Shown here one piece after another: positions 38,735 through 46,975 of a DNA stretch of 57,598 nucleotides. A program made the translations under genes and the position numbers. The notes below the pieces were generated by a model, which saw nothing but the letters and a program-made list of their open reading frames with translations, was not told the DNA's origin and did no database searches. The stretch is from Bacteroidetes bacterium 4572_112. GTDB lineage: Bacteria > Bacteroidota > Bacteroidia > Bacteroidales > UBA1556. Where the stretch lies: assembly GCA_002254285.1 (NCBI GenBank), contig NIUZ01000002.1:1-57598 (forward strand), in the 5' to 3' direction. The first letter of the stretch is position 1. Every line of letters begins with the position of its first letter.

Positions 38735-39286
38735 ATGACAAACGACGTAAAAGCCCTTTGGGGCGAAGAAATAGGCTGGATAAAAGACGAAACCCTTCGT
38801 AAGCAAACTGCTGACGTATGGGAACTTGCGCTTGAGCGCTCGGTGCTTACAGCCGATGATTTGAATAAAATCCCTTTCACACTTTTGGTGGGTCCTGATC
38901 TAAAGGTTACTTTTATGGACCATAAGCGTAGCGTAGTGCATATTGCCCGTGATGCTGGTAATAAAATTAACGATATGTATCATGGTGAACTTACTTGCGA
39001 TATGGATGTACTTATTTCTGGTGCAATACTTTGCGATGTGGGTAAATTACTAGAATATGAGCTTGATGAAAATGGTAAGGCCATTCAAGGAAGCTATGGA
39101 AAATATGTGCGTCACCCATTTAGCGGTGTTAGCATTGCTGAGCAATGTGGTATTCCTGCTCCTGTAAGTCATATTATTGCTGCTCACGCTGGCGAAGGAA
39201 ATATGATAAAGCGTAGTACTGAGGCTTATGTGGTGCATCATGCCGACTTTATGACCTTTCTACCATTTAAAGAACGCCTTAAATAG
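38735..39286 (+). CDS. HD-domain protein (metal-dependent phosphohydrolase superfamily)
   Basis: 183 aa. His/Asp pattern (...HIARD..., LCDVGK, RHPF, AAHAGEG, HHAD) is consistent with an HD fold. Confidence 0.7.
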   Translation: MTNDVKALWGEEIGWIKDETLRKQTADVWELALERSVLTADDLNKIPFTLLVGPDLKVTFMDHKRSVVHIARDAGNKINDMYHGELTCDMDVLISGAILCDVGKLLEYELDENGKAIQGSYGKYVRHPFSGVSIAEQCGIPAPVSHIIAAHAGEGNMIKRSTEAYVVHHADFMTFLPFKERLK

Positions 39287-39394
39287 TAGAAACAATTTAA
39301 TGTGCAATCTCTGCGTTGTCCTCGAAATGCAATTTAGTCATTTACTAAAGTAAACTCTTAAATTACATTCCTTCGTCAGCCTTGACCTTGCACA

Positions 39395-39547
39395 TTAAAT
39401 TGCTTCTTAAGTTAAAGGACTAGGACAAGGAAAAAGGGCTAGGAAAATTATATCATTTCTCCATTCTTTTTATCTTCATTGAACCTTAAATTACTTCTTA
39501 AGTTAAAGGACCAGGACTAAGGCTAGAAAAAAGGGTTAGGAAAAAGG
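39395..39547. repeat. Two ~55-bp direct repeats (91-bp period) in an ORF-free spacer
   Basis: ttaaattgcttcttaagttaaaggactaggacaaggaaaaagggctaggaaaa versus ttaaattacttcttaagttaaaggaccaggactaaggctagaaaaaagggttaggaaaa. A partial third copy (cttaaattac) lies at 39357. Confidence 0.8.
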
Positions 39548-39562
39548 ATTCTATATTCGAAC

Positions 39563-39634
39563 TCCTTTATCCCTGCCTACCGGCAGGCAGGCTCCCGATA
39601 ATTATCGGGATCCTCTATCCTCGTCCTCTATCCT
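39563..39634. repeat. REP-like mosaic element, family A (copy a3)
   Basis: cctttatcc-cctgcctaccggcaggcagg-ctcccgataattatcgggat-cctctatcc-tcgt-cctctatcc. Confidence 0.85.
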
Positions 39635-39654
39635 TAATTTAAACACTTAAAACA

Positions 39655-40311
39655 ATGCACTTAATAGCCGCCGCCATAGCACCCGTAGTGATAATTGCTC
39701 TCTATATTTATTATCGTGATAAGTATGATAAGGAGCCTTTTGCTATGCTTGCCAAAGCTCTTATTTTTGGTATGTTGACGGTTATTCCTGTTCTTATAAT
39801 GGAGTATTTCCTGATGGAATTCCTTCCTATATTTGACTTCTCCACACGATTATCAGCATTTTATAATGCTTTTGTGGTAGCGGCTTTTTCTGAGGAATTA
39901 TGGAAATTCATAGCTCTATTTTACCTTATTTGGAAGAGTAAGGAGTTTGATGAGCGCATTGATGGAATTGTATACGCAGTATTTGTAAGCCTTGGCTTTG
40001 CTGCGGTGGAGAACATAATGTATGTTATGGAAGGTGGTGCAAATGTGGCAGCAATGAGAGCGATTCTTGCTGTTCCTGCCCATGCGCTTTTTGGTGTTAC
40101 AATGGGTTATTATTACTCATTATCTAAATTCGCTACCGACAAGCCTACTCACAAAAGGTATTATGCTTATGCTATCATTTATCCGATAATATTCCACGGA
40201 GTTTATGATTTTATTCTGATGGCAGACGAGCCGATGGGAATGTTGGTTTTCATACCATTTATTATTTACCTTTGGAAATCGGGTTTTAAGAAAATTAAGG
40301 CCTTACAATAA
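39655..40311 (+). CDS. PrsW-family intramembrane glutamic/metallo-protease
   Basis: Polytopic membrane protein with FSEELWKF, VPAHALFG and HGVYDF motifs. Confidence 0.8.
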   Translation: MHLIAAAIAPVVIIALYIYYRDKYDKEPFAMLAKALIFGMLTVIPVLIMEYFLMEFLPIFDFSTRLSAFYNAFVVAAFSEELWKFIALFYLIWKSKEFDERIDGIVYAVFVSLGFAAVENIMYVMEGGANVAAMRAILAVPAHALFGVTMGYYYSLSKFATDKPTHKRYYAYAIIYPIIFHGVYDFILMADEPMGMLVFIPFIIYLWKSGFKKIKALQ

Positions 40312-40391
40312 TTGAAATTTAAGTCATGCTGAGTGATTTTTCCTTAGAAAAATTGTACCGAAGTATGACTACTATTAAAAACAAACACATA

Positions 40392-42197
40392 ATGACAATA
40401 ATAGAAAAAATAATTGCCAACCACGGCAAGAATGCTACGGTAAAACCTGGCGAAATTGCTGATGTGGAAATCGATGCAAGAGTTGCTCGTGACTTTGGCG
40501 GTGCTAATGTGGTTAAAAACCTTATAAATAATGGATTAACTATTAAAGATCCATCAAAAACATTCTTTACTTTTGATACCAACCCTGGTGGCTCAGATCA
40601 AAAATATGCTGCAAATCAGCATTACTGTCGAATGTTTGCCCGCGAGAATGAGATTGAAGTATTTGATATCGATACCGGAATTGGAACTCACCAAGCAATA
40701 GAGCGTGGTCTTGTGCAGCCTGGTGGAACTTTTGTAAGTACCGATTCTCATGCAAACATTACTGGTGCAATTGGTGCTTTTGGTCAGGGAATGGGCGATC
40801 AGGATATCGCTGCTGTTTGGGCCAAAGGTAATGCTTGGTTTAAAGTGCCAGAGTCGGTAAAACTTACTCTTAATGGTAAGCGTCCTGCAAATGTAGCTGC
40901 CAAAGATGTGGTTTTGAATCTTCTTAATATCTTCGGTGCCAATAAATTACTGGGTCAAGCTGTGGAAATTTATGGTGATGATGTAGAGAATTTTACTCTT
41001 GACGAAAGAATTACAATCTCATCTATGGCAACCGAAATGGGAGCTATAATCTTGCTTTTTACTCCTAACGAAACTATTCTTCGTGATTTGGAAAAGCTTA
41101 GTGGAAAGAAATCTGAAGGAATTTCTGCCGATGCTGATGCTGTTTATGCTGAGGAATATGATGTGGATATGAGCAAATTTGTACCAATGGTTGCAATGCC
41201 TGGTCATCCTCATAACGATACTACTTTGGAGAGTGTAAAGCGTACCAAAATTGATTCTGCTTTTATCGGAAGTTGCACCAACGGACGCATGGAAGATATG
41301 CGTATTACAGGCGAGATTTTAAAAGGACAAAAAGTGCCTCATGGCGTGGTATTAAAGATTGTACCTTCTACTGATGAGATTTGGCAACAATGTCTTGATG
41401 AGGGACTTATAAAAATATTTAAGGATGCCGGAGCATTGGTTTCCAATGCAGGTTGCGCAGGTTGTGCCGCTGGTCAAGTTGGGCAAAATGGCCCTGAGGA
41501 GATTACCATTTCAACAGGAAACCGTAACTTTAGAGGTAAGCAAGGCAAGGGCGAAGTGTATTTAGCATCGCCAGCAACAGTTGCTATGTCGGCAATTGCA
41601 GGATATATTACCGACGAGATGATTGAGAATGACGTGCCAGTAGAATTTGAGAATAAAGGGTTGAAGCTTAAGGCTACAGAAAAAACTGTGGAAAAAGGCG
41701 CTGAAAAACCACTTATTGTTGAAGGTCGTGCTTGGTTGATTATGGTTGACGATATCGATACAGATATGATTTTCCACAACAGATACCTAGCCATTACCGA
41801 CATTAACGAAATGGGACAATATGCATTTGATAATCTTGAAGGATTTGAGAATTATTCTAAGGAAACTCAAGATAATGACATCATTATCACGGGTAAGAAC
41901 TTTGGTGCAGGAAGCTCACGTCAGCAGGCGGTAGATTGCTTTAAGGCGCTTAAAAATTCATGTATTTTGGCAGAAAGCTATGGCTCAATTTACGAGCGTA
42001 ATGCTATAAATGCTGCAATGCCGATTCTTACTTACTCACCAGAAATGATTACTGAGCTTGAGCTTAAGGATAAAGATATTATCCGTGTAGATTTCATGAA
42101 AGGCGAGGTAACAAATAAAGCCAATGGCAAAATGTTTAAGATAAACCCTTTCTACGATGTGCAGAAAGAGATTTATTTGAATGATGGACTATTGTAA
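40392..42197 (+). CDS. Aconitase-family hydro-lyase, fused archaeal-type LeuC/HacA-like large domain + LeuD/HacB-like small domain
   Basis: ATG at 40392 (MTIIEKIIANHG). STDSH. Fe-S ligands GSCTNGR and AGCAGCAAG. After a ~30-aa linker comes the swivel domain with DTDMIFHNRYLAIT and GKNFGAGSSRQQA. Confidence 0.85.
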   Translation: MTIIEKIIANHGKNATVKPGEIADVEIDARVARDFGGANVVKNLINNGLTIKDPSKTFFTFDTNPGGSDQKYAANQHYCRMFARENEIEVFDIDTGIGTHQAIERGLVQPGGTFVSTDSHANITGAIGAFGQGMGDQDIAAVWAKGNAWFKVPESVKLTLNGKRPANVAAKDVVLNLLNIFGANKLLGQAVEIYGDDVENFTLDERITISSMATEMGAIILLFTPNETILRDLEKLSGKKSEGISADADAVYAEEYDVDMSKFVPMVAMPGHPHNDTTLESVKRTKIDSAFIGSCTNGRMEDMRITGEILKGQKVPHGVVLKIVPSTDEIWQQCLDEGLIKIFKDAGALVSNAGCAGCAAGQVGQNGPEEITISTGNRNFRGKQGKGEVYLASPATVAMSAIAGYITDEMIENDVPVEFENKGLKLKATEKTVEKGAEKPLIVEGRAWLIMVDDIDTDMIFHNRYLAITDINEMGQYAFDNLEGFENYSKETQDNDIIITGKNFGAGSSRQQAVDCFKALKNSCILAESYGSIYERNAINAAMPILTYSPEMITELELKDKDIIRVDFMKGEVTNKANGKMFKINPFYDVQKEIYLNDGLL

Positions 42198-42211
42198 ATA
42201 GAACAAAATGT

Positions 42212-42258
42212 AATGGTCAAAGAGCTTGCTTATATTGCAGGTTTCTTTGACCATTTTT
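42212..42258 (+). terminator. Rho-independent terminator
   Basis: Perfect 12-bp stem aatggtcaaaga/tctttgaccatt with a 20-nt loop, then T5. Confidence 0.8.
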
Positions 42259-42273
42259 CAAATTATTACAATT

Positions 42274-42792
42274 ATGATTTTAGATAATAAGAGTGTATCC
42301 ATTGATGATCTTCCAAAACTGAATTCGGAAGATTTTATACCCATTGAATCTAAATTCAGAACCTACCTATTATTACGAAATTCACTTTTCTTTATTATTC
42401 CTTTTATTGGGATAATTGCATTACATATATTTTCCGTCTTAGCTGATAATATATGGCTGCAATATACCTTATACTCAGTAGTTTTACTATTGTGGTTATA
42501 CAGTATAACTATTGTGATACTTGGTTTCTCACACAAAGCTTATATACTGCGTAATCACGATATTGTTTATAAAACTGGTTTTATTTTTCGAACAACAACG
42601 GTAATTCCCAAAAACCGTATTCAGCATTTGGAAATTAGGCAAGGTGTATTATTGAGAATTTTCAGTCTATCTAAACTTGTAATTTATACCGCAGGAGGTA
42701 ATGCTAGCGATCTTTCCATATCGGGCTTGAAACCAGATGTTGCCGAGAAAATTAAAGAAGAAATAAGTAGAAAAATAGCCACCAATGAGTAG
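42274..42792 (+). CDS. YdbS-like membrane protein with bacterial PH (bPH_2) domain
   Basis: Two TM helices followed by a bPH_2-type domain. ATG at 42274. The ORF-track TTG start at 42226 lies inside the upstream terminator. Confidence 0.75.
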   Translation: MILDNKSVSIDDLPKLNSEDFIPIESKFRTYLLLRNSLFFIIPFIGIIALHIFSVLADNIWLQYTLYSVVLLLWLYSITIVILGFSHKAYILRNHDIVYKTGFIFRTTTVIPKNRIQHLEIRQGVLLRIFSLSKLVIYTAGGNASDLSISGLKPDVAEKIKEEISRKIATNE

Positions 42793-44302
42793 CATAGATT
42801 GGACAAAAGAACAACGGCAAGCACCATTAGGCTTATTGCTTTTTGCAGCAAATACTCTTCGCAAAATACTTAAAGCAGCATGGCCTGTTTTATTGGTTCT
42901 TATTTTTAAAGAAAGCGAGAAATCAAAGGATGATCTTTATTTTTGGACAGCTATAATAGGAGCATTTTTTATTCTTGCCCACTCACTACTTTCATTTTGG
43001 TATTTTAGGTTTAGCATCGTTGACAATGAGTTTATTGCAAAAAAAGGCTATCTAAAAAAGATAAAATTAAGTGTTGATATTGATAGAATTCAGACAGTAA
43101 ATATTAAGCAGAATATTCTACAACAGATACTTGGATTGGTTAGCCTTGAGATAGATACGGCAGGAGCTAAAGATGCAGAGATTAAACTTATTGCCATAAA
43201 AAAAGAAGTTGCTGTTGAGCTTGAAAAGAAATTAGCTGAAAAATCAAATATCAAAAATACTGTAGAGTCATCAATTGATACCGATGCAAATAATACTGAT
43301 ACAACAGCTGCTAAATCAATTATTGAGCTTTCGATAGAGGACTTAGTAAAGGCTGCAATAAGCGAAAATCACTTAAAAAACCTTCTTATGATTTTCGGCC
43401 TTACTTATGGATTTTATTCCCAATTATCAAGGAGTTTTCAAGGCAGTATAGAAAAATATACGGAGCAAGGAATAAATACCATACAGAGTTTTAGTATTAA
43501 AACTATAGTGTTTATAGTCGTATTTATTTTGATTTTCGCGATGATAGTGTCTATAATTAAAACCATAGTAAAGTTCTATAATCTAAAACTTTGGGAAGCG
43601 AATAATAGTTTTTTACTGAACTTTGGATTATTCAATATTAAGAAAATAAATATTCCCATAAGTAAGATTCAAATTATAAAATGGGATAATAATCCAATAC
43701 GCAAAATGCTAGGGTTTAAAACATTATCCATAAAGCAAGCGTCCTCAGGTGCTCAAATGAAGAAAGACCAAAGAATATCAATTCCTGCTTGTAATAAAGA
43801 TCAACAAATAGCCATTGAGGAAAGCCTTTTTGGGAAATCAAAACCTATTTTCTCTGAAAAGATAAAAACACATCCCATATATTTTATTAAGATTTTCATA
43901 CTATTTAGCTTAATAATTCTATCGCTAGCTGCTTCTTTAATAATGTCAGAACCTATATTGTATAGTTATCAATCATTTATACTTATAGGTGTTTTAGAGT
44001 TATTACTTTTAGCATTGCTACTGCTTGAATACAAAAAACGTAGCTTCCGTATTGATGAAGATATTTTGGAGGTAAATAGTGGTCAAATTGGCGATAGTAT
44101 TCAGTTAATTCAGAATTATAAAATCCAGTCCATAGCCTATAAGCAGAGCATATTTATGAAAATGCGTGGCACAGCTACCATAAAGGTTTATACTGCAGCA
44201 GGCACTAATATCACTATCCCATATATAGCAGAAGATACCGCTGCTGAGCTAATGAACTTCCTACTTTATAAGATTGAGGGTAGTGAGGATAAATGGATGT
44301 AA
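42785..44302 (+). CDS. YdbT-like membrane protein with three bPH_2 domains
   Basis: Three TM-hairpin + PH-like modules. It overlaps the ydbS-like gene by 8 nt. Confidence 0.75.
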   Translation: MSSIDWTKEQRQAPLGLLLFAANTLRKILKAAWPVLLVLIFKESEKSKDDLYFWTAIIGAFFILAHSLLSFWYFRFSIVDNEFIAKKGYLKKIKLSVDIDRIQTVNIKQNILQQILGLVSLEIDTAGAKDAEIKLIAIKKEVAVELEKKLAEKSNIKNTVESSIDTDANNTDTTAAKSIIELSIEDLVKAAISENHLKNLLMIFGLTYGFYSQLSRSFQGSIEKYTEQGINTIQSFSIKTIVFIVVFILIFAMIVSIIKTIVKFYNLKLWEANNSFLLNFGLFNIKKINIPISKIQIIKWDNNPIRKMLGFKTLSIKQASSGAQMKKDQRISIPACNKDQQIAIEESLFGKSKPIFSEKIKTHPIYFIKIFILFSLIILSLAASLIMSEPILYSYQSFILIGVLELLLLALLLLEYKKRSFRIDEDILEVNSGQIGDSIQLIQNYKIQSIAYKQSIFMKMRGTATIKVYTAAGTNITIPYIAEDTAAELMNFLLYKIEGSEDKWM

Positions 44303-44305
44303 TAT

Positions 44306-44359
44306 CCCCCAACAAAAAGCCCCAAGAAAATCAATTCAAGGGGCTTTTGATATTTTATA
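44306..44359. repeat. ~53-bp direct repeat, copy 1 (contains terminator hairpin gcccc-N16-ggggc)
   Basis: cccccaacaaaaagccccaagaaaatcaattcaaggggcttttgatattttata. Confidence 0.9.
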
Positions 44360-44422
44360 GTTTTTGAAGTGTTCAAAGTTTCCTATCAAAGAAACTTTTG
44401 CTATCTTTGTAAAAATTTTGAT

Positions 44423-44764
44423 ATGGATAATAGATTTAAGGTTGAGATACTTGAAGGAGCTCTTGATTTTTTTGATGAGATTGAAAAGAAGGCTGTTAGT
44501 AAGATAATCTTTAATATTCGTAAATCTCAACAGATTATTGATAATGAGGTGTTCAAGAAACTTGATGGTGATATATGAGAATTTAGGACGTTGTTTAATA
44601 AGAAGAAATATAGATTATTAGCTTTTTGGGATAAAACTGGAAGAAAGGAAACTATAGTTGTTGGTACTAATGGCTTTATTAAGAAGACACAAAAGACACC
44701 TAAAAAGGAGATTAAAAAAGCAAAACAAATTAGAGTAGAGTATTTTAAAGATAAAACTCAATAG
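44423..44764 (+). pseudogene. RelE/ParE-superfamily (HigB/Gp49-like) toxin with in-frame TGA replacing the conserved Trp
   Basis: MDNRFKVEILEGALDFFDEI...FKKLDGDI-[TGA 44576..44578]-EFRTLFNKKKYRLLAFWDK...TNGFIKKTQKTPKKEI. The frame is continuous across the stop. The family consensus at that position is DIWE.R. A TAtcTTTG box lies at 44402..44409. Confidence 0.75.
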
Positions 44765-44766
44765 AT

Positions 44767-45078
44767 ATGAAAACATACACATTAGATAAAGTAACAGATA
44801 AATACATAGGGAAAGTTGGAACTGAGGAGCGAGATAGTTTTGAGCAAGAACTTAAATTAGAGTTATTAGGCGAGGCAATAAAGAAGGCCAGAAAGGATAG
44901 AAACCTGACTCAAGCCCAGCTTGGGGAAATGGTGGGTGTTCAGAAATCACAAATTTCGAAGATTGAAAATAATCTTACTGATGCAAGGTTCGAAACAATT
45001 CTTAAGGTTTTTAGAGCATTAAATGCCAAAATAAACTTCCATGTTGAATTACTAAATCAAGATTTGAATTTGGTATAA
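44767..45078 (+). CDS. XRE-family HTH antitoxin (HigA-like)
   Basis: 103 aa. HTH LTQAQLGEMVGVQKSQISKIEN. It starts 2 nt after the toxin stop. Confidence 0.8.
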   Translation: MKTYTLDKVTDKYIGKVGTEERDSFEQELKLELLGEAIKKARKDRNLTQAQLGEMVGVQKSQISKIENNLTDARFETILKVFRALNAKINFHVELLNQDLNLV

Positions 45079-45109
45079 ATAAAAAAAGATAATATAAAAT
45101 TTGGATATA

Positions 45110-45144
45110 GTTAGCGGATGACTTTAAGTCATCCGCTAACTTTT
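45110..45144 (+). terminator. Rho-independent terminator of the TA cassette
   Basis: Perfect 14-bp stem gttagcggatgact/agtcatccgctaac with a 3-nt loop, then TTTT. Confidence 0.85.
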
Positions 45145-45157
45145 ATAGAGGCAACAC

Positions 45158-45210
45158 CTCCCAACTAAAAGCCCCAAGAAAGTCAATTCAAGGGGCTTCG
45201 ATATTTTATA
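45158..45210. repeat. ~53-bp direct repeat, copy 2
   Basis: ctcccaactaaaagccccaagaaagtcaattcaaggggcttcgatattttata. Only a few mismatches to copy 1. Confidence 0.9.
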
Positions 45211-45221
45211 AAAATAAGTTC

Positions 45222-46061
45222 TTATTTAACAGCTACTACATTAAGTCCTGTACCAGTTTTATGGTTTCCTTTCAAATCCATATAGTTGAGGATTAGTGAG
45301 AAAGGGAAAGTTAAGATATAGTAGAAAGGTAGAATGATGAAGAAAATCTTGCTAGCATTAAGCATAAGAATAGGGTACTTCATCGATAGTTTCCACGATA
45401 TTTTTCCAGGAGTGCCATAAGTATATCTTGCAGAGGTTTTTGAGAAACCCACTGACTTAAGTTTTTCTTGAATTTCGTCAATATTATATCCATCACGAAC
45501 GTGCTCATCAATAAATGAATCTTCGCCATCAGCGTGGTCGTGGTCATGATCGTGATCATGGTCATGAACATCGGAACCACCTTGATCGCTAGGAGTAGAA
45601 ACCAATAATGTGCCACCAGTTTTCATTGAATTATAGAAATTCTTGAACACCTGTACATCTTCCAATATATGCTCCATTACATCTACAGACAGGATAAAGT
45701 CATATTTTTCTGGCTCAGAAAATTTCACCAAATCTGCCTTTTCGAAATGAGCATTATTACGTCCAATGGTCTCAAAAAAGTTATTGCAATCGGCAATCTG
45801 CTCAGTCTTTACATCCACGCCTTTTACCTTCCACTTATTGTCCATTCCCGACATAAAGTATGAGTACTGCCCAAAACCCGAGCCAGCGTCCAAAATATTT
45901 GCTTCTTTACCTTTATTATTCTTTGCCCATTTTCTAAATTCATCCTTCACATGCCATGTGCGCAAAAGCAGCAAATCAAGCATTGAATAAAATGTTTTTC
46001 GTAAAAAAGGGCTCTTATTAAAAACCTCGCCAAGGCTTCGTTTTATTGGATCGTATTTCAT
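45222..46061 (-). CDS. Class I SAM-dependent methyltransferase with internal (His-Asp)n tract and C-terminal TM segments
   Basis: Motif I LDAGSGFGQYS. Post-II DVMEHI. Insert DVHDHDHDHDHDHADGED. Hydrophobic C-terminus. Confidence 0.85.
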   Translation of the reverse strand: MKYDPIKRSLGEVFNKSPFLRKTFYSMLDLLLLRTWHVKDEFRKWAKNNKGKEANILDAGSGFGQYSYFMSGMDNKWKVKGVDVKTEQIADCNNFFETIGRNNAHFEKADLVKFSEPEKYDFILSVDVMEHILEDVQVFKNFYNSMKTGGTLLVSTPSDQGGSDVHDHDHDHDHDHADGEDSFIDEHVRDGYNIDEIQEKLKSVGFSKTSARYTYGTPGKISWKLSMKYPILMLNASKIFFIILPFYYILTFPFSLILNYMDLKGNHKTGTGLNVVAVK

Positions 46062-46225
46062 GTTTGTGCTATAAATCTATTGTCAAAAATTATCCGACAA
46101 ATGTACATTAATTTTATTCATTTTAAAATTGAAAAATAAAATGAAAGAAAATTAATGGGAAAGCGGAGCGGTTCTATCTAAAGCAAGTTTTTGTGTAGTT
46201 AATAAGGTAAATAAAATCTATTATA

Positions 46226-46257
46226 GTTGTATAAATGTAAAGTATTATGTACTTTTG
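46226..46257 (+). promoter_or_regulatory. Bacteroidota sigma-A type promoter
   Basis: gTTG at 46226..46229, a 20-nt spacer, then TActTTTG at 46250..46257. This is 34 nt upstream of the ATG at 46292. Confidence 0.45.
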
Positions 46258-46291
46258 TAAAATAATAATAGAATTATTTTAATTTAAAAAT

Positions 46292-46729
46292 ATGAATATT
46301 CAAATATTACCTAATTGGTTTAAAAAAGTAGCTTTAATAACTTTTATAGTGAGTTATATTATTGTTGGATTCGATTCGTTTATAGATGGAGTAGTAGATG
46401 GCTTTATTGGCCAACCTTATGAGTATAGTGAAGTTGCTAAAAGTCAACGAATGCTTGACTTTGTTGGCAGTAAAACAGTTCTTAATTATTTGGAGATTGT
46501 AGCATTATTATCAATAATAGCATATGTTATAACTAAGGAAAAGGTCGAGGATGATTATATAAAAATACTTAGATTAGAATCTTATCAACTATCGTTTACA
46601 ATAATTATATTTGTAGGGATTGTATTTATATTATTTGATAAAGACGAATTATTTGGTTTATTTGATTCAATAACTCTATTTCTTTGGCTTTATCTAATTA
46701 TATTTTTTATAAATAAACGTAAAGATTAA
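46292..46729 (+). CDS. Small polytopic membrane protein (unknown function)
   Basis: 145 aa with about 4 TM segments. It lies 6 nt upstream of an XRE regulator gene. Confidence 0.6.
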   Translation: MNIQILPNWFKKVALITFIVSYIIVGFDSFIDGVVDGFIGQPYEYSEVAKSQRMLDFVGSKTVLNYLEIVALLSIIAYVITKEKVEDDYIKILRLESYQLSFTIIIFVGIVFILFDKDELFGLFDSITLFLWLYLIIFFINKRKD

Positions 46730-46735
46730 ACTTTT

Positions 46736-46975
46736 ATGAGAAACTTAGTAAAAGTTGAAAGAGCAAGGTTTAATTTGACACAAGCTCAATTGGCTGAAAA
46801 GTTAAATGTTTCAAGGCAAACTATTCATGCAATTGAAAAAAATAAATTTAATCCTTCAGTGTATCTGGCTCTTAAAATGGCGAATTTTTTTAATGTAACT
46901 GTGGAGTATCTGTTTATTATTGAAGAAGAAGAGAATAGAGTTTTAGCCCTGAAAATGCAATTCAAGATGGATTAG
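46736..46975 (+). CDS. XRE-family helix-turn-helix transcriptional regulator
   Basis: LTQAQLAEKLNVSRQTIHAIEKNKFNPS, a canonical Cro/C1 HTH. Confidence 0.85.
   Translation: MRNLVKVERARFNLTQAQLAEKLNVSRQTIHAIEKNKFNPSVYLALKMANFFNVTVEYLFIIEEEENRVLALKMQFKMD

Noticed and set aside
39551-39570. tRNA-like T-arm ('ttcgaactcc') in the 39.5 kb spacer
   Set aside because: There is no GTTCGAATC-type T-loop with a matching stem. There is no acceptor stem, D-arm or anticodon arm around it. I could build no cloverleaf anywhere in the window.
44576-44578. TGA read as Trp (genetic code 4) or otherwise recoded, since TGA sits exactly at a conserved Trp codon of the toxin
   Set aside because: TGA clearly functions as a stop elsewhere. 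At 51567..51569 it ends the DUF4870-like gene, in an ATGA overlap with the M48 start. At 55247..55249 it ends the ABC ATPase at the normal family length. Trp is encoded by TGG throughout. A nonsense mutation is the simpler reading.
44303-45221. The TA cassette as an integron gene cassette with attC sites
   Set aside because: No intI-type integrase is in the window. The flanking repeats are direct copies of a terminator-like hairpin, without recognisable R''/L''-L'/R' attC organisation or GTTRRRY core sites. This cannot be supported from the sequence.
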